From contig CAWAMW010000016.1 in the NCBI GenBank assembly GCA_963783305.1, forward strand, positions 64,001 to 128,000: DNA of 64,000 nucleotides, in the 5' to 3' direction. Source of the stretch: an uncultured Gemmatimonadales bacterium (GTDB taxonomy: Bacteria > Gemmatimonadota > Gemmatimonadetes > Longimicrobiales > RSA9). The notes beneath the pieces are model-generated. The model was not told the DNA's origin, made no database searches, and saw only the letters and a program-made list of their open reading frames with translations. Positions within the stretch are counted from its first letter, which is position 1. Each line of letters starts with the position of its first letter. The translations under genes were made by a program, and so were the position numbers. This document shows, in pieces, positions 10,089-19,896 of the stretch.

Positions 10089-10930
10089 CGTGATACCTCC
10101 CTGGCCAGCTCGAGCAGGAGAATTCGGAATGCGGGGAGCTCTCCCACCGGCGGGAGGAGCTCGATGTCGGTGTCCTCGTGGGCGCGTCCGAGCGCCTCGA
10201 TCACGGGACGGATGTCACGCTCCACGTGACCGCCGGCGGTCATGAAGAGGGGGAGCACGCGGATCCGGCGGTGGCCGTTGGCGGCGGCGTCCTTGACGGC
10301 CTCCTCCAGCGAGGGCGAGGCGAACTGCGAGTATGCGAGTTGGACGGAGTCGGGGCCGGTGCGAACGCTCAGGGAGCGGGCGAGCGCTTCCAGCGGTGCG
10401 CCCCACGCTGGATCGCGGCTGCCGTGCGCCACGAGGATGAGGAGCGAGTCGTCCGCGGTCCCCGTTCCGGTGGTCCGCGCGTCGGCCGACAACCACTCCG
10501 CGATCTCGTCGCGGACGCGGCGAGCGCGGCCGGGTTCCTGCCCATCGGTGAAGGTGGCGACGGTGAGCCCGTCGTCCTCGAAGACCGCGCCGAAGATGAC
10601 CTCGGAGCGCTCGCCGCAGGTGGCATCGCACAGGAGGATGCCGCGCTCGCGGGCGAGCCCCGCCACGACGGCGTTGGTCTCCGGGTCGTCGGTGGCGACC
10701 ACGACGAGCTGGACGCCCTCGAGGTGGGCGGGCTCGAAGCGTGCCTTCCGCCATTGCACGCCCCGGTGGCCGAGCTCGGCGGCGATGGCATCGGTCACGG
10801 CGGGGGCGATGACGGTGACGCGGGCACCGGCGTCGGCGAGGCGAAGGGCCTTGCGCGCGCCCACCGCGCCGCCACCCACGACCGTGCACGGCCGCTCTCG
10901 AAGGTCGAGTCCCACGGGGAGGAATCGCAT
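10085..10930 (-). CDS. Precorrin-2 dehydrogenase (SirC/CysG-N-like) fused to CbiX/SirB chelatase
   Basis: MRFLPVGLDL...VVGGGAVGARK Rossmann fold; C-terminal LILVAHGSRDP...PLFMTAGGHVERDI CbiX motifs. Confidence 0.85.
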   Translation of the reverse strand: MRFLPVGLDLRERPCTVVGGGAVGARKALRLADAGARVTVIAPAVTDAIAAELGHRGVQWRKARFEPAHLEGVQLVVVATDDPETNAVVAGLARERGILLCDATCGERSEVIFGAVFEDDGLTVATFTDGQEPGRARRVRDEIAEWLSADARTTGTGTADDSLLILVAHGSRDPAWGAPLEALARSLSVRTGPDSVQLAYSQFASPSLEEAVKDAAANGHRRIRVLPLFMTAGGHVERDIRPVIEALGRAHEDTDIELLPPVGELPAFRILLLELAREVSR

Positions 10931-11376
10931 CAGTGGCCCGTGGTGAGCAGGCCGCTCGCCGCGGCCAGCAGCACGCCGATCTCCAGGATGGCGATGGCGG
11001 CATAGACGCGATCGCCATTCCGGATCAGCGTCGGGAGGATGACGGCGAAGCAGAGGATGGTGATGCCCGCGAGGATGGCGATGCCCACGAAATTCAGGTA
11101 GTCGCCTTTGCCGAGGGCCGAGAGCCACCACCAGCCCGTGAGGTGCTGGTCCCGGTGGAGGTAGTCGTGATTGATGGCTTCCAGGTACTCGCCCACGGGC
11201 AGGCTCCAGTACTCCGGCAGGTCATGGATGGGCACCGCCGGCTCCACCAGCCCGGTGATATAGACGAGGAAGGTGAGGAGCAGGATGGCGAGCCCGGAGT
11301 ACATCCCCGCGGACAGCACGTTCGCGTAGATCCGCTGCTCTTCGGTGATCCCTGGACTGGTTCCGGATTCCGTCAT
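10930..11376 (-). CDS. DUF1634-like membrane protein (usual TauE partner)
   Basis: EEQRIYANVL, GDYLNFVGIAIL, three TMs; directly follows a TauE gene. Confidence 0.75.
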   Translation of the reverse strand: MTESGTSPGITEEQRIYANVLSAGMYSGLAILLLTFLVYITGLVEPAVPIHDLPEYWSLPVGEYLEAINHDYLHRDQHLTGWWWLSALGKGDYLNFVGIAILAGITILCFAVILPTLIRNGDRVYAAIAILEIGVLLAAASGLLTTGH

Positions 11377-11398
11377 TCCGTGCCTCGTTCCGTCCTGG

Positions 11399-12481
11399 TC
11401 ACACGATGAAGGGGAGTCCCAGCCCCTTCGTGATGGCCTTGGCTCCCGCGAACAGGAGGATCAGGATCACCATCCAGCGGATGAACGCCGGCTTGGCGAC
11501 CTTGAGCAGCCTCACCCCCACCAGCGACCCGAGCATGATGCCCACCAGCGAGGGGACCACCAGCAGCGGGATGATGCAGCCCTGGTTCATGTAGACCCAC
11601 GCGGCCGACGTGTCGGTGATGGAGAGGAGGAACTTGCTCGTTCCCACGCTGACCTTGAGTGGCGCGCCGAACACCAGATTCAGCACCGGCACGTTGGCCC
11701 ACCCGGCGCCCAGCCCGAACATCCCGGCCATGAAGCCAATGACAATGAAGAGGAGGAGCCCCATGGGAGTCCGGTGGATCTTCCAGTCCACCTCCTGCCC
11801 CATGCTCGCCTCCATGTACACGCCGCTGATGCCCAGAGCCGTGGAGAGTCGGTCGGCGCGGGGCACCACGGGGAAGGTGGATTTCTTCGCCCGGAGCATG
11901 ATCGCCACGATCCCGAGGATCGCGACGCCGAGCGAGGTCTGGATCACGTTCGTCGGGAGCGCCAGCCCGACCATGGCGCCGAACACGGCGCACGTCGACG
12001 CGATGAGCGCCACGGGCATGGCCAGCCGGAGGTTCGCCAGGTTCATCCGCAGGAACCCGGGGCCGGCCGCGAGCGCGCCCGACATGGCCACCAGCAGACC
12101 GGTGCCGCGCACGAAGTCGAGGTGGAACGGGCAGAACCCGCTCACGATCGGCACGAAGAGCACGCCGCCGCCCACACCGGCCATGGCGGCCAGGATCCCC
12201 ATGACGAACGTCATGACGAAGAGTGTGGCCGGCCAGAACCACCACGCGGCGGAGATGCCGGTCGCGGCGGCGCCGTCCGTGGCGGCACCGAGCCCTGTGG
12301 CGGCGGCCTCCTGCGCGTGGAGCGACGCGGGCGGGCTGGCGAGCAGGAGGGCGATCACGACCGCGAGCAGGAGCGCGAGCCCGAGGAGAGCGGTACCCGG
12401 CGCGATGGCGGAGCGGGCGCTGGGCACGCGGCTGCCAGCGTTACGCCGGAGAGCGATCGGGGTCGGATGAAATCTCGTCAT
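11399..12481 (-). CDS. TauE/SafE-family sulfite exporter
   Basis: Duplicated AGVGGGVLFVP / FGLGAGWANVP motifs; about 8-9 TMs. Confidence 0.88.
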   Translation of the reverse strand: MTRFHPTPIALRRNAGSRVPSARSAIAPGTALLGLALLLAVVIALLLASPPASLHAQEAAATGLGAATDGAAATGISAAWWFWPATLFVMTFVMGILAAMAGVGGGVLFVPIVSGFCPFHLDFVRGTGLLVAMSGALAAGPGFLRMNLANLRLAMPVALIASTCAVFGAMVGLALPTNVIQTSLGVAILGIVAIMLRAKKSTFPVVPRADRLSTALGISGVYMEASMGQEVDWKIHRTPMGLLLFIVIGFMAGMFGLGAGWANVPVLNLVFGAPLKVSVGTSKFLLSITDTSAAWVYMNQGCIIPLLVVPSLVGIMLGSLVGVRLLKVAKPAFIRWMVILILLFAGAKAITKGLGLPFIV

Positions 12482-12493
12482 GGTCCGCTCCGA

Positions 12494-13312
12494 TCAGGGG
12501 TACGGATCGAACCAGTCGATCTTGAGGTGGACCTCATCCACGCCGGGCACGCCGCGGGCGAGGCGGGCGAGCCGGTCGCCCATCTGGCCGCTGCTGTGGA
12601 GCGGTGCACGGCCGGTTATATCGACGCGCCCGCCCTCCGCGGTGGCGTCGAGCTCGAGGCCCCGGAGCGCCTCGTCCTCCACGAGCGCGACCTTGACCCG
12701 GCACGCGGTGCGGAAGTCCTCGAGGCGGTGGCGGACCGCGGGCGTGATCTCGAACTCGGGCTGCCGGATCATGCGGGCGATCATGCCGCAGGCGGCATCG
12801 ACCTCGACGTGGGCGAGGTTGATCATGACGTCGTAGAGGGCGGGGTCCCCGACATCGGAGTCGTGGAGCGCGCGGACCCAGTGGCTGCGCGCCTCGTCCA
12901 GGTCCCGGATGTAGGACGCGGCGGTGTCGGCGTCCATGTCGGATTCGCCCATGACGGCCTGCACGCGCATGCCCATGGGCGCGATGCAGCGGACGGTCAG
13001 GGTGGCGGGAAGGCCATTGAGCAACAGTCCGCCGGTGAGGCCGTGATAGACCAGGTTTCCCTCCACCACCCGCTCCGCCAGCGCGGCCTGGAGTGCCAGG
13101 ACGTGCACCCGGCGCATGGTGGAGAATGGCTCCCACAGGGTGGGCCGTCCGGTCAGCCGCTCTTCCAGTCGTTCCGCAGACACGCCCAGCCGCTCGGCCG
13201 CGTCCTGCACCACCTCCTCGCCGACGATGGGGTACTCCAGCCCGCGGGCGAGGCATTCCGCCAGCTGGGTTCCGAACGTCTTCGTGCCCCGGCAGATTGC
13301 GAAGATCGCCAC
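12494..13312 (-). CDS. Cytidylate-kinase-like protein with C-terminal BON-like domain
   Basis: GTG start after GGAGG; AIFAICRGTKTFG, LVYHG, DPALYDVMINL; ends VDITG...ARGVPGVDEV (BON-like). Confidence 0.8.
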   Translation of the reverse strand: MAIFAICRGTKTFGTQLAECLARGLEYPIVGEEVVQDAAERLGVSAERLEERLTGRPTLWEPFSTMRRVHVLALQAALAERVVEGNLVYHGLTGGLLLNGLPATLTVRCIAPMGMRVQAVMGESDMDADTAASYIRDLDEARSHWVRALHDSDVGDPALYDVMINLAHVEVDAACGMIARMIRQPEFEITPAVRHRLEDFRTACRVKVALVEDEALRGLELDATAEGGRVDITGRAPLHSSGQMGDRLARLARGVPGVDEVHLKIDWFDPYP

Positions 13313-13313
13313 G

Positions 13314-13970
13314 TCACACCTCCGTCCGGCGCAGCCGCGCGTCGAGTTGCTCGTGGCAGCGGTCCGCGAAGGCCTCGAGCTGGGCACGTCGAGCGGGAGT
13401 CATGGCGTAGGCGGGGTGGGCCGCGAGATCGGCGATCCCGACGCAGGCGGTGTCCACGGTGAGCCAGCGCTGGTTGATCGTGATGTCGTAGAGGAACGGG
13501 TCGTTCACGTCGGCATCGAACTGCACCTTCACCCACCGCTGCCGCTCCCGATCGACGTTCTCGATGAAGGAGGAGGCGGCCGCCCGGGTCATGCGGTGGT
13601 GCGCCTTCGTGAGATAGCCGATGCGCTTTTCCAGTGGTGCGATGAGCCGAACGCGCAGCACGCCCGGGAGCCCGGCCAGCAGGAACTGGCCGCCGATACC
13701 GTGATAGACGAGGCGGCCCTCCAGGCAGCGGTCGGCCAGCGCGGTCCGCACCGCCAGGAGGTAGATCTGGCGGTCGTTGTTGATCCGTGACCAGAGGCCG
13801 GGGGTGGTCTCGAACTTCTCCCGCACCACGTCGGGAGGGAGCCCCAGCTCCAGCGCGGCCTCGTGCAGGATCTCGCTGGCGACGCACGGATAGTCGAGCA
13901 TGCCGGCGAGGCAATCGGCGACGATGCGTCCGCCGCTCATGGTCCCGCGCGAGATGGTGATGATGGCCAT
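13314..13970 (-). CDS. Cytidylate-kinase-like protein
   Basis: MAIITISRGTMSGG, LVYHG, LRVRLIAPLEKR, DPFLYDITIN. Confidence 0.85.
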   Translation of the reverse strand: MAIITISRGTMSGGRIVADCLAGMLDYPCVASEILHEAALELGLPPDVVREKFETTPGLWSRINNDRQIYLLAVRTALADRCLEGRLVYHGIGGQFLLAGLPGVLRVRLIAPLEKRIGYLTKAHHRMTRAAASSFIENVDRERQRWVKVQFDADVNDPFLYDITINQRWLTVDTACVGIADLAAHPAYAMTPARRAQLEAFADRCHEQLDARLRRTEV

Positions 13971-13979
13971 GGCTCCTCC

Positions 13980-15392
13980 TCACCCGGGAACGCCCGCGGC
14001 GGTGCGGGCGCGGAATCGGAGCGCGGCGCGCACGAGCCCGGGCGCCCACGTGGCCGCGGCGAGGGCGTGAACGTGGGTGTAGGAGGCGAGAACCTGCCTG
14101 CGCATGAGGCCGTCGCGGGCGCCGTCGAAGCCGTAGCCGCGACGCACGGCGAACGCAAAGCTCAGCTCGTCCTCCGTGGCCCGCAGATACGTGTGGTGGA
14201 ACTCGTGGCCCCGGAGCGTTTCGCCCAGCGGGATGAACGGGTTCTCGGCCACCGTCTCCAGGATGGTGTAGCCGTGACCACGCGGCCGCTCCTGGAAATC
14301 GAACGCAGCGGGGAGGACGCCGGCCATGGGGTAGCGCCGGCCGCGGATGTCGAGCTCCATCCCGAGGAACACCGCGCCGCCGCACTCGGCGTACATGGGC
14401 ATGCCCGCCTCGGCGGCCGCGCGGACGTCCTCGCGGAACCAGTGGTTCTCGGCCAGGGTGGCGGCCATGGTCTCGGGGAACCCGCCGCCGATGTAGAGGG
14501 CGTCGACCCGGGGAAGGACACGGTCGGTGAGGGGCGAGACAGCCACCACCTCCGCGCCTTCCCGGGCCAACGCTTCGAGATTCTCCGGATAGTAGAACTG
14601 GAACGCCGCGTCCTGGAACACGCCGATCCGGACGGGCTCGGCGCCCCGGACGATCGCCTGCCTCGGTCCGGCCGGCATGCAGAGCGTGCTCGAGGAGAGA
14701 TCCGGCGCACGTCGAGCGATGGCGGTGATGGCGGGCAGGTCCAGGTGCCGACGGGCCAGCTCACCGGCCGCCCGGATCGCGGCCCCCCGCCCACCGTGCT
14801 CCGCGGGTGGGATCAGGCCCAGGTGTCGCTCCGGGAAGATGGGCTGGTCCAGGCGTGGCAGGGCCCCCACTACGGGGAGCCCCGTGGCCTCCGTGATGGA
14901 GTCCCGGATCACCGTCTCGTGGCGGCAGCCGGAGACACGGTTCAGCACCACGGCGGCCAGCGGCACCTCGGGGTCCAGCCGCTGACAGCCGAGCACCGAG
15001 GCGGCCACGGTCCGCGTCGCCTTGGTGCAGTCCACGACCAGGAGGACCGGGACACCCAGCATCTTGGCGAGCTCCGCGGAGCTGAACGAGCCGCGCGCGT
15101 CGGCGCCGTCGTAGAGGCCGCGGTTGCCCTCGATGACGGCCACATCGGCGTCGCAGGCGTGCTCGATGAACGAACGCCGGATCGCGTCCGGGGTGAGGAG
15201 AAAGAGATCCAGGTTCCTGCACGGCCGTCCGGCCGCCGATGCCGACCAGGCGGCGTCGATGTAGTCCGGCCCCTTCTTGAACGGCGCGACGCTCAACCCC
15301 TCCGCGCGCCAGGCCGCCTGGAGCCCCACGCTCAGCAGCGTCTTGCCACCACCGCCGCTGAGCCCGGCCACCAGCACCCGCGGGATCTCCAT
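13980..15392 (-). CDS. dsrN: DsrN, siroheme amidase (cobyrinate a,c-diamide synthase family)
   Basis: GLSGGGGKT, FKKGPDYID, EGNRGLYDG, YAECGG; lies directly after dsrL. Confidence 0.9.
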   Translation of the reverse strand: MEIPRVLVAGLSGGGGKTLLSVGLQAAWRAEGLSVAPFKKGPDYIDAAWSASAAGRPCRNLDLFLLTPDAIRRSFIEHACDADVAVIEGNRGLYDGADARGSFSSAELAKMLGVPVLLVVDCTKATRTVAASVLGCQRLDPEVPLAAVVLNRVSGCRHETVIRDSITEATGLPVVGALPRLDQPIFPERHLGLIPPAEHGGRGAAIRAAGELARRHLDLPAITAIARRAPDLSSSTLCMPAGPRQAIVRGAEPVRIGVFQDAAFQFYYPENLEALAREGAEVVAVSPLTDRVLPRVDALYIGGGFPETMAATLAENHWFREDVRAAAEAGMPMYAECGGAVFLGMELDIRGRRYPMAGVLPAAFDFQERPRGHGYTILETVAENPFIPLGETLRGHEFHHTYLRATEDELSFAFAVRRGYGFDGARDGLMRRQVLASYTHVHALAAATWAPGLVRAALRFRARTAAGVPG

Positions 15393-15396
15393 GGCG

Positions 15397-17082
15397 TCAC
15401 GCCATCTCGATGAACCCGCAGGGGCAGATCTCGGCGCACTTCGCGCACCCGGTGCAGTTGCCGAGGTTGAAGCCGTACAGCTCCCCCCCCTTCATGGGTT
15501 TGGCGATGGCGCTGTCCTGGCAGTACATCCAGCACTTCTCGCAGTCGAAGCAGTGGCCGCAGCTCATGCAGCGGTCCGCCTCGTCGAGCAGCTGCTCGGC
15601 CGTGAACCCCAGGTTCACCTCGGTCTCCAGGTCCGTCAGCCGATCCTCGAGCGGCAGCACCGCCGCCTCGTTCCGGGCCTTCGTCACGTAGTGGTCCAGG
15701 CGCATCCGGTCCGTGCGGACCACCGGGCGCTCGTCCGGCTGCGCCGCTGTGCCCCTGAACTTCCGGTCCATGGCCTCCGCCGCGCGGCGGCCGTGACCGA
15801 TGGCGTCGGTCACCAGGGCGAGACGCGTCACGTCCCCACCGGCCCAGACGCCGTCCACCTTCGTCGTGCCATCCGCGTCCGTCCGGACCCAGTCGTTCCC
15901 GTCGATCAGCGACTCGAAGCCCGCGAAGTCCGGGGCCTGGCTCACCGCCGAGATCACCGCGCTCGCCGGGATCTCGAACTCCGACCCCTCGATGGGCACC
16001 GGCCGGCGGCGGCCCGAGGCGTCGGGCTCGCCCAGCTCCATGCGGATCGCGCGCATGGCGGTGACCCGTCCGTTCTCCTTCCGGAACCCGGCGGGAGCCG
16101 CGAGGAACTCGACGTTCACGCCCTCGGCGATGGCCTCCTCGACCTCCTCCCTGATGGCCGGCATCTCCTGGAGCGTGCGGCGGTAGAGGACGGTTACATT
16201 GGCGCCCAGACGCTTGCAGATCCGGGCCGCGTCAATGGCCGTGTCCCCGCCACCCACCACGATGGCCACCACGTCGTCGCCCAGGTCCAGCTGCTCGCCG
16301 TGATGGAAGCGGTTGAGGAAGTCCACACCCGAGAACACGTTCGGCGCGTCCTCCCCCTCCAGGCCGAGTCGGACCCCCTGCTGCGCCCCCAGCGCGACAT
16401 AGACCGCGTCGTACTCGCGGAGCAGGCCGTCGATCCCGGGCTCGCCGCCCACCTTCACCCCCGTCCTGAGCTCCACGCCCAGGTCCAGGATCCGCTGGAC
16501 CTCCTCATCGAGCACCCGCTCCGGCAGACGGTACCCGGGGATCCCGTAGCGCAGCATGCCCCCGGCCTTCTCCATGCCCTCGAAGACCGTCACGCCGTAG
16601 CCGCGGCGGGCCAGCTGGTAGGCACACGAGAGGCCGCTCGGCCCCGCGCCCACGATGGCCACCGTCTCCGGCCGTCGCTCCTCCGTGAGACGCCGGAGCC
16701 CCAGGGCGTTTTCGCGGCCGTAATCGCCAATGGCGCGCTCGACCTTGTTGATGCTCACCGCGCCCTCGAGCTCACGGCGGTTGCACTCCGTCTCGCACGG
16801 CGCGGGACAGACCCGGCCGCAGACGGACGGGAAGGGGCTCGTGTCGGTGTAGATGTCCCACGCCTCCCGCATGGCCTGGTCCCGATCCTTCCCCAGCTTC
16901 GTGGCCTGCGCGATCGTCGTGAGGAACTCCCGGATCCGGTTCCCGCTCGGGCACCGGTCCGTGCACGGCGGTCGCTTCTCAATGTGACGCGGCCGGAGCG
17001 GGGACTGCTCGCGTCCGCCGCCACCCCCGTAGGAGCGCTTGTCGAACGACTTCTTGACCTTCTTCACCTTCTTGACAGCCAT
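15397..17082 (-). CDS. dsrL: DsrL, iron-sulfur flavoprotein (probably NADP(H)-type DsrL-2)
   Basis: PPCTDRCPSG, CGRVCPAPCETECNR, GAGPSG, GGGDTAID, LYRRT, C-terminal CMSCGHCFDCEKC and CTGCAKCAEICP ferredoxin; follows dsrABD. Confidence 0.92.
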   Translation of the reverse strand: MAVKKVKKVKKSFDKRSYGGGGGREQSPLRPRHIEKRPPCTDRCPSGNRIREFLTTIAQATKLGKDRDQAMREAWDIYTDTSPFPSVCGRVCPAPCETECNRRELEGAVSINKVERAIGDYGRENALGLRRLTEERRPETVAIVGAGPSGLSCAYQLARRGYGVTVFEGMEKAGGMLRYGIPGYRLPERVLDEEVQRILDLGVELRTGVKVGGEPGIDGLLREYDAVYVALGAQQGVRLGLEGEDAPNVFSGVDFLNRFHHGEQLDLGDDVVAIVVGGGDTAIDAARICKRLGANVTVLYRRTLQEMPAIREEVEEAIAEGVNVEFLAAPAGFRKENGRVTAMRAIRMELGEPDASGRRRPVPIEGSEFEIPASAVISAVSQAPDFAGFESLIDGNDWVRTDADGTTKVDGVWAGGDVTRLALVTDAIGHGRRAAEAMDRKFRGTAAQPDERPVVRTDRMRLDHYVTKARNEAAVLPLEDRLTDLETEVNLGFTAEQLLDEADRCMSCGHCFDCEKCWMYCQDSAIAKPMKGGELYGFNLGNCTGCAKCAEICPCGFIEMA

Positions 17083-17140
17083 GGCCCCACCTCCCGCGAC
17101 ACGCGCGCGATCGACGTTGTTACCGCGTTGTTACCGCTTC

Positions 17141-17171
17141 CCTCCGCCCCCCATGATGCCGGGGGCGGAGG
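17141..17171 (-). terminator. Strong GC stem-loop between dsrD and dsrL (no U-tract; partial terminator or RNA stabiliser)
   Basis: CCTCCGCCCCC (17141-17151) pairs with GGGGGCGGAGG (17161-17171), 9-nt loop. Confidence 0.5.
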
Positions 17172-17207
17172 AGGAAGACGCTGCAGTCGTGACCCCCTGC
17201 GTTGGGT

Positions 17208-17456
17208 TCAGCTACCTTCCGCAGCGCCCTCCTTGTGCGGTACCTCGATGAAGCTGCCGCCGAAGTACGTGTACACACACCGCCCGGAGTCCATCAGGGT
17301 CCGGATGGCGGCCTTGCACGTCGTCCGATCGGCCTCCTCCCCATATTTCTCCTTCATCGCCTTGGTCAGGTCCAGGGCCTTGAACTTCTTCTTCCCCTGG
17401 TACTGGGCGACCATGTCGTACATGGCGTCTGCGACCTGCTCCGTTGTGACGGCCAT
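17208..17456 (-). CDS. dsrD: DsrD
   Basis: 82 aa directly after dsrB; KKKFKALDL...KAAIRTLMDSGRCVYTYFGGS winged-helix-type pattern. Confidence 0.85.
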   Translation of the reverse strand: MAVTTEQVADAMYDMVAQYQGKKKFKALDLTKAMKEKYGEEADRTTCKAAIRTLMDSGRCVYTYFGGSFIEVPHKEGAAEGS

Positions 17457-17467
17457 GGTGCTCCTCC

Positions 17468-18550
17468 TTAGTGTCTGAGGTGCGTGGACCGCTTGAATGT
17501 CAGCCCGGCGTACCTGTAGTCATCAATGTGCTCCTTCTGGAACTCGATGCCCGTCAGCTGGAAGAACTTCGGCCAGCCGATCCGCTCGATGAACTCGCCC
17601 ATCCGCTCGTGCTTCCGGGCGCCGTCCACCCACACGTCCACGATCTTCCGAACCGTGTTCACCACGGTCGGCCAGCGCGGCGGCTCGTTCTCGATGAACG
17701 GGACGGCCAGCTTCGAGAACATGGGCTCGTGACGGGCGTTGGAGACCTTGCCCCCCACCCACAGCGAGATCCCGTCGTTCAGCGCGTCCGCCATCGGCAG
17801 CGCCGGACAGACCGAGAAGCAGTTCGCGCAGTACATGCACAGCTCCTCGTCGATCACCACCGACGGGTTGCCATCCACCGTGGTCGGCCGGATCGCCGCC
17901 GTGGGGCACGCCGCCACCACGTTCGGGATCTCGCACAGCTTGTTCAGGTTGCCCTGCACCTTCGGCGGCCGCCGATGCACGCCCAGGATCGCGATGTCCG
18001 AACAGTGCACTGCGCCGCACATGTTCAGGCAGCACGCGAGCGCGATCCTCAGCTTGCCCGGGATCGGACGCGTGCCGTCGAAGTGCTCGTGCAGGTCGTC
18101 CATGACCGCCTTCACCAGACCGGACGCGTCCGTGGCCGCCGAGTGGCAGTGGACCCAGCCCTGGGTGTGCACGATGTTCGACACCGCGTGGCCGATCCCG
18201 CCCACCGGGTGCCCCAGATCCGCGAGCTCCGCGATGAGCGGCTCGATCTTCGACTCCTCCGTGAGGAGGAACTCCACGTTGTGCCGGCTGGTGAAGCGCA
18301 GGTAGCCGTCGCAGTACTTGTCGGCCAGCTCCGCGTACTTCCGGATGCGCTTCGTGCCCAGCAGCCGGGGCGAGGCGGCGCGCACCGTGAAGAGCATGTC
18401 GCCCGACTCTCCCACGTGGACCATGACGCCCGGCCTGATGATCCGGTGGAACTTCCAGGTCCCGTAGTTCTTCTTGACCATCGGGTGCAGGAAGCGCTTG
18501 TAGTCCGGGGGGCCGATGTCGGTCCTTCTTTCCTCCATTGCCGTTGCCAT
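17468..18550 (-). CDS. dsrB: Dissimilatory sulfite reductase beta subunit
   Basis: [51 protein letters not shown]. Confidence 0.98.
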   Translation of the reverse strand: MATAMEERRTDIGPPDYKRFLHPMVKKNYGTWKFHRIIRPGVMVHVGESGDMLFTVRAASPRLLGTKRIRKYAELADKYCDGYLRFTSRHNVEFLLTEESKIEPLIAELADLGHPVGGIGHAVSNIVHTQGWVHCHSAATDASGLVKAVMDDLHEHFDGTRPIPGKLRIALACCLNMCGAVHCSDIAILGVHRRPPKVQGNLNKLCEIPNVVAACPTAAIRPTTVDGNPSVVIDEELCMYCANCFSVCPALPMADALNDGISLWVGGKVSNARHEPMFSKLAVPFIENEPPRWPTVVNTVRKIVDVWVDGARKHERMGEFIERIGWPKFFQLTGIEFQKEHIDDYRYAGLTFKRSTHLRH

Positions 18551-18614
18551 CGTCTATCTCCCGATTGTCCGTTCGTTCGTTGGTTATCCGCTCCAGGTCC
18601 GCCCTCGGGCGGCG

Positions 18615-19847
18615 CTACGCCTTCACCGTTTCGACCTCTTCCTCCTCGACCTCTTCCTCCTCCTCCTCGTAGTATTCCTCGAAGAAGATGTAGGGGTTGT
18701 CGCGGGGGGCGTTGACCATTTCGGGGATGGGCTCGAGGCCGATGGCCTCGATGAAGTTGCCGAGCCCGACGCGCTGCATGAGCTCGCCGACGCGTTCGCG
18801 GTTCTTGCCGTGCTCACCCCAGAAGTCCCAGATCCGCTCGGCGAGGTCCTTCAGCTCCTCGTAGGGCGGCTCCATCTTCATGAACGGCACGATCACCGAC
18901 GAGAGCTGGGCGCCCTCCACGATGGGCGCCTTGGCCCCGAGGAGGATGGTCGCGCCGCGGTCGGTGCCCGGGCGCAGCGCCTCGGGCATCGCGTTGATGC
19001 AGTGCATGCACTTCACGCAGTTGCTGTTGTCGATCGTGAGCGTCTCGCCGTCCCACTCCATGCACTTCGTGGGGCAGTTGCTCACGACCTCGCGCTGGAT
19101 GTCGAGCCCCTCGGCGGCGTACCGCGTGACGCGCTCCTCGTCCATCCGGATGTCGTCCCGCCACGTCCCGATGATGGACATGTCCGCGCGGGCGATGGCC
19201 GCGACGCAGTCGTTGGGGCAGCCGGAGGCCTTGAACTTGAACTTGTACGGGAACGCCGGACGGTGGAGCTCGTCCTGGAAGGTGTTGGTGATGTCGTGGG
19301 TGAAGTCGAGCGTGTCGAAGCACGCCCACTCACACCGCGCCGGCCCGACGCAGCAGCTCGGGGTCCGCACATCGGAGCCGGAGCCGCCCAGGTCGAAGTC
19401 GTTGTCCGTCAGCTCCTTGAACGTGGGCTCCAGCTCGTCCGTGGACGTGCCCAGGAAGATGATGTCGCCCGTGGAGCCGTGCATGTTGGTGAGGCCGGAG
19501 CCGTGCCGGTCCCAGATGTCGCACAGGGTCCGCAGCGCGTCGGACGTGTAGAACCACCCCGCCGGCTGGTTGACCCGGAGCGTGTGGAAATGGGCGATGG
19601 CCGGGTACTCCTCCGGCCGGTCGTTGTAGCGGCCGATGACGCCGCCGCCGTACCCCATGACGCCCACGATCCCGCCGTGCTTCCAGTGGCCGACCTTCTC
19701 CTCGTAGGAACGCTCCAGCAGCTGCAGGAGCTGCTTGCAGGACTCCTTCTCGCTGGCCATCTCCTTGATCTGTGTGACGAAGCTGGGCCATGCTCCCTTT
19801 TCCAGCTCGTCCAAGAGCGGAGTGCCTTTACCGTTACCGTCTGCCAT
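18615..19847 (-). CDS. dsrA: Dissimilatory sulfite reductase alpha subunit
   Basis: [60 protein letters not shown]. Confidence 0.98.
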   Translation of the reverse strand: MADGNGKGTPLLDELEKGAWPSFVTQIKEMASEKESCKQLLQLLERSYEEKVGHWKHGGIVGVMGYGGGVIGRYNDRPEEYPAIAHFHTLRVNQPAGWFYTSDALRTLCDIWDRHGSGLTNMHGSTGDIIFLGTSTDELEPTFKELTDNDFDLGGSGSDVRTPSCCVGPARCEWACFDTLDFTHDITNTFQDELHRPAFPYKFKFKASGCPNDCVAAIARADMSIIGTWRDDIRMDEERVTRYAAEGLDIQREVVSNCPTKCMEWDGETLTIDNSNCVKCMHCINAMPEALRPGTDRGATILLGAKAPIVEGAQLSSVIVPFMKMEPPYEELKDLAERIWDFWGEHGKNRERVGELMQRVGLGNFIEAIGLEPIPEMVNAPRDNPYIFFEEYYEEEEEEVEEEEVETVKA

Positions 19848-19896
19848 CCTGATCTCCTTTCAACGGTTGCTCTGGCGTCTGCGCCAGCACTGCGAA

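Noticed and set aside
8517..15392. cobA, cbiX and cbiA-like genes as a cobalamin pathway
   Set aside because: No other cob/cbi genes are present; the dsr context fits siroheme synthesis and DsrN amidation.
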